A DNA stretch of 64,000 nucleotides from an uncultured Bifidobacterium sp. GTDB taxonomy: Bacteria > Actinomycetota > Actinomycetes > S36-B12 > UBA5976. Of this stretch, positions 28,980-38,481 are shown piece after piece. A program made the position numbers and the translations under genes. Every line of letters starts with the position of its first letter. Positions within the stretch are counted from its first letter, which is position 1. The stretch is from contig CAYVZD010000002.1 in NCBI GenBank assembly GCA_964456135.1, positions 16,125-80,124 on the forward strand, read 5' to 3'. The notes beneath the pieces are model-generated. The model was not told the origin of the DNA. It was given only the letters and a program-made list of their open reading frames with translations, and made no database searches.

Positions 28980-29927
28980 ATGTCTAATCGGTTAAAAAAT
29001 TTAACCAAAACAGTGGCCGTTGCACTAAGTATCTTTTTACTTGCTGCGTGTGGCGGTTCAACTCAAACGGAAGCATCCACATCAGCAAGTCCGATGGCAG
29101 CGAATTTTCCGGTAACTATCAACAACAACGGAACTGATGTAGTCATCGCTGAGCAACCTGATGCCATCATTTCGCTCTCCCCGACTGCAACTGAAATTTT
29201 GTTTGCTATCGGGGCTGGGCAGCAAGTCATCGCTGTTGATGATCAGTCAACCTACCCAGCAGAAGCACCGATTTCTGACCTATCTGGCTTCACGCCAAAT
29301 GTCGAGGCCATTGTTGCAAAGCAGCCAGACTTAGTTGTCGTTAGCTACGACGCAGACAATCTAATTGCATCACTACAGGCTGCGAGCATTCCAGTGCTAC
29401 TACAAAATGCTGTTGCAGATCTCGACGGAACTTATGCTCAAATCACTGAACTTGGTTTAGCTACAGGTCAAGTGCAAGGTGCGAGTGATTTGGTAACCAA
29501 GATGAAAGATGATGTTTCAACAGCATTGGCTTCGATTAAACCATTAGCTCAGCCATTGACTTACTATCACGAGCTAGATCCAACTTTCTACACGGTAACT
29601 TCAGCTACTTTTATTGGTCAGTTGTACGCACTAGCTGGTTTAGAAAACATTGCTGATGCAGCACCAGATGCTGAAAGTGGTTACCCACAATTGTCAGCTG
29701 AATATATCGTGCAAGCAGATCCAGATTTGATTTTCCTAGCAGACACAAAATGCTGTGCAGTTACCCAAGCAGAACTAGCTTCGAGAGCGGGATTCGATGC
29801 CTTAACTGCTGTTCAATCTGGTGCAGTCGTTGAACTAGATGACGACATTGCCAGCCGTTGGGGCCCACGGACAACTGAGTTACTCGCCGCAATTGTTGAG
29901 GCGATTAACAAATTAGCTACCTCGTAG
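28980..29927 (+). CDS. ABC transporter substrate-binding lipoprotein (BtuF/FhuD-type, probable cobalamin/corrinoid binding)
   Basis: 315 aa with lipobox LLAACGG and a periplasmic binding protein type-2 pattern. It sits directly behind the cobalamin riboswitch. Confidence 0.8.
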   Translation: MSNRLKNLTKTVAVALSIFLLAACGGSTQTEASTSASPMAANFPVTINNNGTDVVIAEQPDAIISLSPTATEILFAIGAGQQVIAVDDQSTYPAEAPISDLSGFTPNVEAIVAKQPDLVVVSYDADNLIASLQAASIPVLLQNAVADLDGTYAQITELGLATGQVQGASDLVTKMKDDVSTALASIKPLAQPLTYYHELDPTFYTVTSATFIGQLYALAGLENIADAAPDAESGYPQLSAEYIVQADPDLIFLADTKCCAVTQAELASRAGFDALTAVQSGAVVELDDDIASRWGPRTTELLAAIVEAINKLATS

Positions 29928-29943
29928 TTAAAAAAATAAAGCC

Positions 29944-30987
29944 ATGAGCACAACTGCGACCATTAAAAAATTACCAAGTATCACTTGGTTAATTGCGATG
30001 TTCGCAGTTGTGCTTGCTTTGTTTATTGGTTTGGGTGTTGGTGCAGTATCAATTCCAGCAACTGCTGCCCTGCAAGAAATTCTCTCGCGCTTAACAAATG
30101 GATTGATTGAAAGTCCGCTTTCGCAAACCCAAGCAACAATCATTTGGGATTTGCGTCTTCCTCGAGTGCTACTTGCTTTACTTGTAGGTGCCATGTTGGC
30201 AAGCGCTGGATGTGCTTACCAAGGTTCGTTTAGAAACCCACTAGCCGATCCTTATTTACTTGGTGTCTCAGCAGGAGCTGGTCTTGGGGCAACCATTGTC
30301 ATTTTCACGCAAGATCAAACAACTAAATGGGAACTACCTCTTGCTGCATTTATTGGAGCAATGGGTGCTGTGATGCTCACCTATTTACTAGGTCGCTCAG
30401 CAATTGTCGGTAGATCTTCAACTTCCTTAGTGCTGGCAGGCGTTGCTGTGGCAAGTATGTTGACTGCAATTCAAACTTTGTTACAACAACGTAATACTGA
30501 CAAGATTCGTGAAGTTTATTCCTGGGTTTTAGGTCGTTTATCAACAGCAGGTTGGGGTGACGTGGTCTTAGTTACGCCATACATTTTGATCTGCGTGACT
30601 GTTTTATTTTTATGCCGCCGAATCTTAGATGTCTTTTCAGTTGGTGACGAAGAAGCGCACACAATGGGTTTGTCAGTGGGTCGGGCCAGAGCTGCAATTA
30701 TTGTTGCTGCTTCATTAGGAACAGCCGCTGCAGTTTCGGTTACCGGATTGATAGGTTTTGTCGGCATTATTGTGCCGCACATTCTGCGGTTAATTGTTGG
30801 ACATAGTTATCGAAATTTAATGCCACTGGCAACCATTTATGGTGGCGTCTTTTTAGTTCTTGCTGATGTTGTCGCTAGAACTGCACTTGCGCCACAAGAA
30901 ATATCTATTGGCGTTATAACTGCTTTAATTGGGGCACCATTTTTCTTGTTTATTCTTGGCTCAAGTAAACATGGCTCGATAACATGA
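29944..30987 (+). CDS. FecCD-family ABC transporter permease (BtuC-like)
   Basis: 347 aa with ~9-10 TM helices and FecCD hallmarks (RLPRVLLALLVGA, GxIGFVGLIVPH-like GLIGFVGIIVPHILR). Confidence 0.85.
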   Translation: MSTTATIKKLPSITWLIAMFAVVLALFIGLGVGAVSIPATAALQEILSRLTNGLIESPLSQTQATIIWDLRLPRVLLALLVGAMLASAGCAYQGSFRNPLADPYLLGVSAGAGLGATIVIFTQDQTTKWELPLAAFIGAMGAVMLTYLLGRSAIVGRSSTSLVLAGVAVASMLTAIQTLLQQRNTDKIREVYSWVLGRLSTAGWGDVVLVTPYILICVTVLFLCRRILDVFSVGDEEAHTMGLSVGRARAAIIVAASLGTAAAVSVTGLIGFVGIIVPHILRLIVGHSYRNLMPLATIYGGVFLVLADVVARTALAPQEISIGVITALIGAPFFLFILGSSKHGSIT

Positions 30988-31757
30988 CCACATTAAAAGT
31001 TACTGGGCTGCACGTTAAGTTAGCCAACAAAACCGTTGTAGATGATTTTTCAATTTCAATTTCAGTTGGAGATTGGATTTGTGTTATTGGTCCAAATGGG
31101 GCTGGTAAATCAAGTATGTTGCGCGCACTAGCTGGAATCGTTGAATCAACTGGTGAAATGTTTATCAATGACAAGAACTTAAGAAATTTAAATCAGAAAG
31201 CTAGGGCCTGTTGGATTGCATATGTAGCCCAAGACCCAGTTATGCCTCAAGGAATGTCTGTTTTTAATTATGTAATGCTTGGCCGAACTGCACATCTGAA
31301 TATGTTGGCTGCTGAATCAGCCCAAGATATGGAGATCACAAATTATGTAATTGACGAGATCGGATTGCATGATTTTGTCGATCGCGATGTGGCTACCTTG
31401 TCTGGTGGAGAACGTCAACGAGTAGCAATTGCCAGGGCACTAGCACAAGCCAGCCCAATAGTTCTATTGGATGAGCCAACTACTGCACTGGATGTTGGTT
31501 ATCAGCAAGACGTTCTTGAACTGATCGATCGATTACGTACCGAGAAAAAAATCGGTGTGATCTCAACAATGCATGACTTAACTGTTTCTGGACTTTATCC
31601 TGATCAACTTATGTTGTTAGCGGATGGAAAAACTGTTGAACAAGGCAGCGCAGAAAAAGTTTTAACTTCTGAAACAATTCGCAAACACTACGGAGCTGCT
31701 GTCGAAGTTATTGCCAGCACCAACGGCCCCATCGTAGTTCCGGTAAAGAAAATTTGA
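30984..31757 (+). CDS. ABC transporter ATP-binding protein (BtuD/FhuC-like)
   Basis: 257 aa with Walker A GPNGAGKSS, signature LSGGERQR and Walker B VLLDEPT. A 4-nt overlap links it to the permease gene. Confidence 0.9.
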   Translation: MTTLKVTGLHVKLANKTVVDDFSISISVGDWICVIGPNGAGKSSMLRALAGIVESTGEMFINDKNLRNLNQKARACWIAYVAQDPVMPQGMSVFNYVMLGRTAHLNMLAAESAQDMEITNYVIDEIGLHDFVDRDVATLSGGERQRVAIARALAQASPIVLLDEPTTALDVGYQQDVLELIDRLRTEKKIGVISTMHDLTVSGLYPDQLMLLADGKTVEQGSAEKVLTSETIRKHYGAAVEVIASTNGPIVVPVKKI

Positions 31758-31887
31758 GAATTTAATTAATTTGGCCACCAATTAATACGCCACGCCGAGG
31801 TGAATAAAGGTGTGCGTTTATTCAAAAACGATATTGTGAATTGATACCTGCTACCCCAGCAGGACAAAGTTAATTAGGAGTTACTCA

Positions 31888-32532
31888 ATGCAGAATGCCC
31901 CAGCTCGGCTACTTGCTGAATTTCTAGGCGTTTTCTTCCTCTGCTTCTTTGGCATTGGAGCAATTACAAATGATGCAGGACTAACCGGAATCGCTTTGGC
32001 ACACGGTATTGCTATTTTTGTGGCAATCGCTGCTTTTGCACATGTATCTGGCGCACATTTCAATCCAGCCGTGACAACTGCACTTGCTGCCACTCGTCGC
32101 ATCGCACCTGTTGATGCACTCGCTTACATCGTGGCTCAACTACTTGGCGGTTTTGCTGCTGCTGCTGTTGCCAAATATGCCTTTGGTGCACTCGCGGGTG
32201 TTCCTAGTTTGAATGCTGCAGCAACAACCACAGATGGAATTCTTGTTGAAGCTATCGCTACTTTTATTTTGATGATTACGATCATGGGCGTTGCCGTCGA
32301 TAAGAGAGGCTCGTTCTCAACAATCTCAGGCTTACCAATTGGCTTAGCCATCACAGGTGGAATTATGTTCGCTGGACCAATAACAGGTGCTGCATTGAAC
32401 CCAGCAAGATGGTTTGGTCCTGCGTTAGTTGGTGGCGATCTAGGCAATGCAATTGTTTGGACAGTTGGACCGATTGTCGGCGCATTACTGGCAGTTTTCA
32501 TTTACGACGCCGTAGTGAAGCCAGCCAAGTAA
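31888..32532 (+). CDS. MIP-family channel (aquaporin/glycerol-facilitator type)
   Basis: 214 aa with 6 TM helices and two NPA boxes (HFNPAVT, ALNPARW). Confidence 0.9.
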   Translation: MQNAPARLLAEFLGVFFLCFFGIGAITNDAGLTGIALAHGIAIFVAIAAFAHVSGAHFNPAVTTALAATRRIAPVDALAYIVAQLLGGFAAAAVAKYAFGALAGVPSLNAAATTTDGILVEAIATFILMITIMGVAVDKRGSFSTISGLPIGLAITGGIMFAGPITGAALNPARWFGPALVGGDLGNAIVWTVGPIVGALLAVFIYDAVVKPAK

Positions 32533-32539
32533 GTAATTT

Positions 32540-32576
32540 AAAAAAATGCCCTAGCAATTTTGCTAGGGCATTTTTT
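32540..32576. terminator. bidirectional rho-independent terminator between the MIP channel gene and gcvT
   Basis: An 11-bp perfect stem, ATGCCCTAGCA (32546-32556) with TGCTAGGGCAT (32561-32571), encloses a 4-nt loop. It is flanked by A7 upstream and T6 downstream, so it should work on both strands. Confidence 0.85.
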
Positions 32577-32595
32577 ATTTAGCTTTTGAGGTTTT

Positions 32596-33681
32596 TTACT
32601 TAGTGCTTGGGTCGACAAATGGTGGCTTGGTAACTGTTACTGAAAGCGCTCGACCACGAACATCTACAGTGAGCACATCGCCTTCAGCAACACCGGGATT
32701 CACTAAAGCCAGTGCAATACCTTTTTGCAAAGTAGGCGAAAAAGTTCCACTTGTGGTCTGGCCAATTACTTCGCCAGCTGCATTTTTTACATCCATGTGG
32801 CCACGTGGAATACCACGATCATTAGCAATTAATCCAACAGAAGTCCTTGGTGCACCAGATTCTTTCTGAGCAACAAGTGCTTCACGACCAGCAAATTTAT
32901 CTTTCTTCCAACCAACAGCCCATCCGATTTTTGCTTCGAGTGGAGTAATTTCAGGTGAAATATCTTGTCCATGTAATGGGTATCCCATTTCAGTACGCAA
33001 TGTATCTCGGGCACCTAAACCGCAAGGAAGAATTCCAAACTTGTTTCCCGCAGAAAGTAGCGCATCAAACAACGGAGCAAGTCCATCATTGGAAATTACA
33101 ATTTCATAGCCATGTTCGCCGGTGTAACCAGTTCGACAGACAGTTAACTCAAAGCCTTGCCAGGTAGCATCAACAAAAGCCATGTAGTCATGATTCGTTG
33201 GTAAGCCCAATTCATCTAGCACGTCAGCAGATTTTGGACCTTGAACAGCGATGATGCCTTGCTTCAAATGGTTATTTTCTATCGTGATCCCCACTGGAAC
33301 TATTTTTTCTAAGTTAGCCACGACCGTCGATGCATTGCCGGCGTTTGGGATAAACCGAACTTCAGTCTTGCTTACTAAATAGACGATCAAGTCATCAATA
33401 ATTCCGCCTGCTTCGTTGCAGTACATCGAATATTGAGCTTGACCTGGAGTTATTCGATCTAAATCATTTGCAAAAACAGAGTTAGCAAATTCATAAGCAC
33501 CTTCACCTAGGATGCGAACTTTGCCCATGTGAGAAACGTCAAAAACACCAACTGCATTTCGCACAGCATTATGTTCGGCGACAGTGCCAGCGGTGTATTC
33601 GATTGGCATATCCCAACCACCGAATGGACCCATTTTTGCACCAAGGGATAAATGTTTTGAATGTAAGGCAACTTCAGGCAT
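32596..33681 (-). CDS. gcvT: glycine cleavage system aminomethyltransferase (T protein)
   Basis: 361 aa with GcvT pattern GWDMPIEY, VGVFDVSHMG, RTGYTGEHGYEI, ARDTLRTEMGYPLHGQD. Confidence 0.92.
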   Translation of the reverse strand: MPEVALHSKHLSLGAKMGPFGGWDMPIEYTAGTVAEHNAVRNAVGVFDVSHMGKVRILGEGAYEFANSVFANDLDRITPGQAQYSMYCNEAGGIIDDLIVYLVSKTEVRFIPNAGNASTVVANLEKIVPVGITIENNHLKQGIIAVQGPKSADVLDELGLPTNHDYMAFVDATWQGFELTVCRTGYTGEHGYEIVISNDGLAPLFDALLSAGNKFGILPCGLGARDTLRTEMGYPLHGQDISPEITPLEAKIGWAVGWKKDKFAGREALVAQKESGAPRTSVGLIANDRGIPRGHMDVKNAAGEVIGQTTSGTFSPTLQKGIALALVNPGVAEGDVLTVDVRGRALSVTVTKPPFVDPSTK

Positions 33682-33747
33682 GACTTAACCGTACTAGTAA
33701 CGTAGTGATTAGTCTTTATTAGGCAACCAATTTAGGAGTGAGAACTC

Positions 33748-35271
33748 ATGCCAACTTTGGATCCAAAAGTTGCCGGCTTAACGCTTAAGTCAGGAAATCC
33801 GCTAACTGCTGTTTTTGATGCAGTCGTTGTGGCCACCACAACAGATAATAAGTTTTCAATTTTCTCTGATGGACTTACTAAAGCGGCCACTACTAAGTTA
33901 AAAAATACTCTCCAAACTGTTGGCGCTACTGGTGCCAAAGACGAATTGATCAGAATTCCGGGGACAGGAATTTCAAAATCAAAAGTTATCGTTGCAGTTG
34001 GTTTAGGTTCGACCAAAAATGGCATAAGTGAAGAACAGCTTCGACGTGCAGCAGGTAACGCAACAAGAAGTTTGGCTGGATTTAAGCGAGTTGCTATGTA
34101 CCTGCCGGCAACCTATGCAGGTGCAGCAAAAGCAATCTTTGAAGGTGCTGCGCTAGGTGCTTACTCATTTACTGACCATCGACATGCAACATTGAATAAA
34201 GCAAAAAGTCCGGTTAGTGCTATTTCCCTTTTCACCGAGCACGCAAAGGACAAAGAATTTAGAACCGCCCTTGACCAAGCCCGAGTAATAACACACTCAG
34301 TTCACTTTGCTCGAGATTTAATTAACACTTCCCCATTACATTTACCACCGGCTGAAGTCGCAAAAGCTGCAAAGCAATACTTGACTGGGACGACAATAAA
34401 AGTTCAGATTTTGGACGAGAAACAACTTGCTACAGGTGGCTATGGTGGCATTCTTGGGGTTGGCCAAGGTTCTAGCCGTCCACCACGACTAATTCGAATG
34501 GAATACAAACCGCGGAGTGCTAAAAAACACATTGCATTACTTGGTAAAGGAATTACTTTTGATACCGGTGGTATTTCACTAAAGCCACCAGCAAGTATGC
34601 ACGAGATGAAAGCAGATATGTCTGGTGCAGCTGCGGTGATTGCAACCATCCGCGCGATCCACGATTTAGCTTTGCCGATTGCCGTAACTGCCTATGCTGC
34701 TTGTGCCGAAAATATGCCAGGTGGTGGTGCCCAGCGCCCCGGTGATGTCATTACAACTTACGGTGGTCGCACAATCGAAGTCTTAAACACTGACGCTGAA
34801 GGTCGATTAGTTCTAGCCGATGCCTTAGTGCGAGCAGCCGAAGATAACCCAGATGTTGTTCTCGACATTGCAACTTTGACTGGTGCCGCTGTAGTTGCAT
34901 TAGGTCATCGCACAGCTGGTGTTATGGGTGACGATGAAGTGCGCGATGCAGTTAAAGCTGCAGCTGACCGTGCTGGTGAAGAATTTTGGCCAATGCCTCT
35001 TCCAGAAGAATTACGTGCACCACTAGATTCCCTGGTTGCAGACATAGCCAATATTGGACAGCGCGAAGGTGGCATGTTATCTGCTGGATGGTTCCTCAAA
35101 GAGTTCGTTGAAGATGGCTTGCCTTGGGCACACCTAGACATCGCTGGGCCGGCATACAACTCGCAATCTGCCCACGGCTACACCCACAAGGGTGGGGTTG
35201 GCTTTGGTGTACGCACGCTAGTCGCTTTTGCCCAAGATTGCTTATCCGGTGTCGGTGCTGATTCCAAATAG
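33748..35271 (+). CDS. pepA: leucyl aminopeptidase (M17)
   Basis: 507 aa with GKGITFDTGGISLKP and the M17 signature NTDAEGRLVLADAL. Confidence 0.9.
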   Translation: MPTLDPKVAGLTLKSGNPLTAVFDAVVVATTTDNKFSIFSDGLTKAATTKLKNTLQTVGATGAKDELIRIPGTGISKSKVIVAVGLGSTKNGISEEQLRRAAGNATRSLAGFKRVAMYLPATYAGAAKAIFEGAALGAYSFTDHRHATLNKAKSPVSAISLFTEHAKDKEFRTALDQARVITHSVHFARDLINTSPLHLPPAEVAKAAKQYLTGTTIKVQILDEKQLATGGYGGILGVGQGSSRPPRLIRMEYKPRSAKKHIALLGKGITFDTGGISLKPPASMHEMKADMSGAAAVIATIRAIHDLALPIAVTAYAACAENMPGGGAQRPGDVITTYGGRTIEVLNTDAEGRLVLADALVRAAEDNPDVVLDIATLTGAAVVALGHRTAGVMGDDEVRDAVKAAADRAGEEFWPMPLPEELRAPLDSLVADIANIGQREGGMLSAGWFLKEFVEDGLPWAHLDIAGPAYNSQSAHGYTHKGGVGFGVRTLVAFAQDCLSGVGADSK

Positions 35272-35349
35272 TGAAACAATAGAGGCGACTGAGTATGGGC
35301 GGATCAACTAAAACGCATTACTCAGCCGGTACCTGTTTTCGGAGGATTA

Positions 35350-36708
35350 ATGCACGACGTAGTTATTTTGGGTGGCGGTAGCGGTGGATACGCATGTGCA
35401 CTCAGGTCTTCTCAACTTGGTTTATCCGTAGTACTTATCGAACAAGACAAACTAGGTGGCACCTGTTTGCATCGTGGTTGCATTCCAACCAAAGCACTTT
35501 TACATGCAGCTGAAGTTGCCGATACTGCGCGCGAGGGCGAAAACTACGGAGTACACAGTACTTTTAATGGAATTGATATGACTAAAGTCAATTCTTATAA
35601 AGATGGCGTAATTGGCCGACTATATAAAGGATTACAAGGTTTAGTTAAAAGCCGAGAAATAACTTACGTTGAAGGTTTTGGAAAACTAGTTGCGAAAAAT
35701 GTGGTCGAAGTTAATGGCCAGCGTTACGAAGGAAAAAATATTGTCTTAGCGACTGGTTCGTATGCTAAGTCGCTACCTGGACTAGAAATTGCTGGTCGAA
35801 TCATGACCAGCGATCAGGCATTAACAATGGATTACGTTCCAAATAGCGCCATCATTTTAGGTGGTGGGGTGATTGGTGTTGAGTTTGCATCAGTCTGGAA
35901 GTCTTTCGGTGTTGATGTAACTGTTATCGAGGGCTTACCACGCTTAGTGCCTGCCGAAGATGAAGCAATTTCAAAAACTATGGAACGTGCATTCCGCAAG
36001 CGTGGCATTAACTTCAAAACCGGAGTTAGATTCCAGGGCGCAGCAAGTGATGATTCAGGCGTAACCGTGACTTTGGAAAATGGCGAAACCGTTCGCGCAG
36101 ATTTATTGCTCGTTGCCGTCGGACGTGGTCCACGTACCGAAGGACTGGGATATGAAGAACAAGGCATCAACATGGACCGTGGTTTTGTCTTAGCAAATGA
36201 ACGTTTAGCTACCAATGTGCCAGGAATCTTCGCCGTTGGTGACATCGTGCCAGGTTTGCAGCTTGCTCACCGCGGTTTTCAGCAAGGTATTTTTGTGGCC
36301 GAAGAGATTGCCGGCCTTGCACCAAAGTCAATTGATGAAACAGGCATACCTAGAGTCACTTACAGCGAACCAGAAATTGCTTCCATTGGTTACACCGAAA
36401 CCCAGGCTAAAGAAAAATTTGGTGAGATTGATTCATATGAATACAACCTTGGTGGCAACGGTAAGAGCCAAATTCTGGGTACCGCTGGTTTCATCAAATT
36501 GATTCGCAAAAAAGATGGCCCGGTTGTAGGTGTACATATGATCGGCTCTCGCGTTGGTGAACTCGTTGGTGAGGCACAGTTAATTTACAACTGGGAAGCT
36601 ACAGCTGATGATGTGGCAACTTTGGTCCATGCTCACCCGACCCAAAATGAAGCACTTGGCGAGGCATTCTTAGCACTTGCTGGAAAACCACTTCACGCCC
36701 ACGCCTAA
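35350..36708 (+). CDS. lpdA: dihydrolipoyl dehydrogenase
   Basis: 452 aa with FAD motif VILGGGSGGY, redox-active disulfide GGTCLHRGCIPTK and C-terminal HAHPTQNEAL. Confidence 0.92.
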   Translation: MHDVVILGGGSGGYACALRSSQLGLSVVLIEQDKLGGTCLHRGCIPTKALLHAAEVADTAREGENYGVHSTFNGIDMTKVNSYKDGVIGRLYKGLQGLVKSREITYVEGFGKLVAKNVVEVNGQRYEGKNIVLATGSYAKSLPGLEIAGRIMTSDQALTMDYVPNSAIILGGGVIGVEFASVWKSFGVDVTVIEGLPRLVPAEDEAISKTMERAFRKRGINFKTGVRFQGAASDDSGVTVTLENGETVRADLLLVAVGRGPRTEGLGYEEQGINMDRGFVLANERLATNVPGIFAVGDIVPGLQLAHRGFQQGIFVAEEIAGLAPKSIDETGIPRVTYSEPEIASIGYTETQAKEKFGEIDSYEYNLGGNGKSQILGTAGFIKLIRKKDGPVVGVHMIGSRVGELVGEAQLIYNWEATADDVATLVHAHPTQNEALGEAFLALAGKPLHAHA

Positions 36709-36754
36709 AAATTAACTAAAATTAATAAGACAGATTAATAAGGAGAGCTAAGCA

Positions 36755-38440
36755 GTGAGCACAACTGTTTCAATGCCACAACTGGGTGAAAGCGTAACTG
36801 AGGGTACCGTCACTCGTTGGCTAAAAAATGTTGGCGACACTGTGGCAGCTGACGAAGCACTTCTAGAAGTTTCAACAGACAAAGTAGATACCGAGATACC
36901 ATCTCCGGTAAGTGGCGTGCTAACCGAAATCATTGCTGGCGAGGATGCAGTGGTTCCTGTTGGTGGCGCACTTGGTGTTATTTCTGAAAGTGGATCTGCT
37001 GCTTCAAGTTCTCCTGCACCAGTTGCTACTCCAGCTCAGGTTAGCCAAACCCAACCAGAACCAGTTGCGCAAGTAAATACCCCAGCACCAGAAGCTCCAG
37101 CACAAGCAACGCAGGCGACATCTTCGGCTGCTACTCCTGTTTTATTACCTGCTCTTGGTGAAAGTGTGACTGAAGGAACAGTTACCCGATGGCTAAAGGC
37201 AATCGGTGACTCAGTAAGTGCGGACGAAGCACTTTTAGAAGTTTCCACTGACAAAGTAGATACTGAAATACCTTCTCCAGTTTCTGGAGTGCTATTCGAA
37301 ATTACAGTTCCAGAAGATGGTGTGGCTAAAGTTGGCGGCCAACTTGGATTAATAAGCACTTCCGCTGGAGCTCCCGCAGTAACCCAAAGTGCTCCGGTTA
37401 CTCCACCCGCAGCTCCAGTAGCACCTGCCGCTACTTCTCTGGTTGTCTCTACTACTCCAGCATCAACTGCGAACATCGATAACTCAGGTTCCTACGCAAC
37501 ACCAATTGTGCGCAAACTCGCTGCGCAAATGGGAGTGGATCTTTCGAAGGTCAAGGGCACCGGCGTAGGTGGGCGTATTCGCCGCGAAGATATTTTGGCA
37601 ACTACGCCAACAATGGCCCCAGTACAAGTTGCCAGCGATCGTCCAGTTGAAAGTAAACCTTTTGTGGCTCCGGTAACTCCAACCGCAGCTCCAGCTGTCA
37701 GTCCTCAAGCAGCCGAGGTGCGCGGCAAAACTGAAAAAATGACCCGACTACGTTCAGTAATTGCCCAGCGGATGGTTGAATCGCTTCAAGTTTCAGCGCA
37801 ATTAACATCTGTCGTTGAAGTCGACGTAACAAAAATTTCTGTACTTCGAAATAAGTCAAAAGCTGCTTTTGAACAGCGTGAAGGAGTAAAACTCTCTTTC
37901 CTACCATTTTTTGCTAAAGCAGCCTGCGAATCGTTAAAGCAATTCCCGACCGTTAATGCCTCGATTAATCAAGAAGAAGGCACCGTCACTTATTACGATG
38001 CCGAGCACTTAGGTATTGCTGTAGATACCGAACGAGGATTACTAGTTCCGGTCATTCGCGATGCTGGCGACTTAAATATTGCTGGCTTAGCTCGCAAAAT
38101 CGATGAACTTGCTCAGCGCACTCGCACAAACAAACTTTCACCAGATGAATTAAGTGGTGGCACATTCACCATCACGAATACTGGAAGTCGCGGCGCACTA
38201 TTCGATACCCCAATCATTAATCAGCCACAGGTGGCAATTCTTGGCACAGGTGCAGTAGTTAAGCGCCCGGTGGTGATAACTGACTCCAGTGGCGCCGATG
38301 TGATCGCAGTGCGACAGATGGTTTATTTGTCCCTGACTTATGATCACCGACTTGTTGATGGTGCTGATGCGGCACGCTTCTTGTCAGCCGTTAAGGCGCG
38401 ACTCGAAGAAGGCGCGTTTGAAGCAGACCTTGGTCTGTAA
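36755..38440 (+). CDS. sucB: 2-oxoacid dehydrogenase E2 (dihydrolipoamide succinyl/acetyltransferase) with two lipoyl domains
   Basis: 561 aa with two lipoyl-attachment motifs EVSTDKVDTEIPSP, Ala/Pro linkers, a peripheral-subunit-binding domain (ATPIVRKLAAQMGVDL) and the catalytic DHRLVDG. Confidence 0.9.
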   Translation: MSTTVSMPQLGESVTEGTVTRWLKNVGDTVAADEALLEVSTDKVDTEIPSPVSGVLTEIIAGEDAVVPVGGALGVISESGSAASSSPAPVATPAQVSQTQPEPVAQVNTPAPEAPAQATQATSSAATPVLLPALGESVTEGTVTRWLKAIGDSVSADEALLEVSTDKVDTEIPSPVSGVLFEITVPEDGVAKVGGQLGLISTSAGAPAVTQSAPVTPPAAPVAPAATSLVVSTTPASTANIDNSGSYATPIVRKLAAQMGVDLSKVKGTGVGGRIRREDILATTPTMAPVQVASDRPVESKPFVAPVTPTAAPAVSPQAAEVRGKTEKMTRLRSVIAQRMVESLQVSAQLTSVVEVDVTKISVLRNKSKAAFEQREGVKLSFLPFFAKAACESLKQFPTVNASINQEEGTVTYYDAEHLGIAVDTERGLLVPVIRDAGDLNIAGLARKIDELAQRTRTNKLSPDELSGGTFTITNTGSRGALFDTPIINQPQVAILGTGAVVKRPVVITDSSGADVIAVRQMVYLSLTYDHRLVDGADAARFLSAVKARLEEGAFEADLGL

Positions 38441-38481
38441 TTGCGTTCGCGCAAAACTCAATTCACCTGCAAACTAGTTAC

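Noticed and set aside
28763-29008. 81-aa minus-strand ORF upstream of the ABC transporter
   Set aside because: The region matches the cobalamin riboswitch consensus on the plus strand. The ORF is antisense to a structured RNA and overlaps the start of the binding-protein gene.
31802-31823. Hairpin GAATAAA-N8-TTTATTC after the ABC ATPase gene, considered as a terminator
   Set aside because: The stem is AT-only (7 bp) and is followed by an A-run rather than a T-run on the transcribed strand. That is not convincing as an intrinsic terminator. The nearby ATTAATT-N8-AATTAAT inverted repeat (31765-31786) is also too AT-rich to distinguish from background.
33682-33747. Expected glycine riboswitch upstream of gcvT
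   Set aside because: Only 66 nt separate the gcvT start from the divergent pepA start. That is too short for a glycine riboswitch, and no conserved aptamer core was visible.
36755-37370. Roughly 230-bp internal DNA duplication in the E2 gene
   Set aside because: It corresponds to two tandem lipoyl domains (EVSTDKVDTEIPSP twice, ~80% DNA identity by eye). This is a normal architecture for 2-oxoacid dehydrogenase E2 proteins, not a mobile or anomalous repeat.
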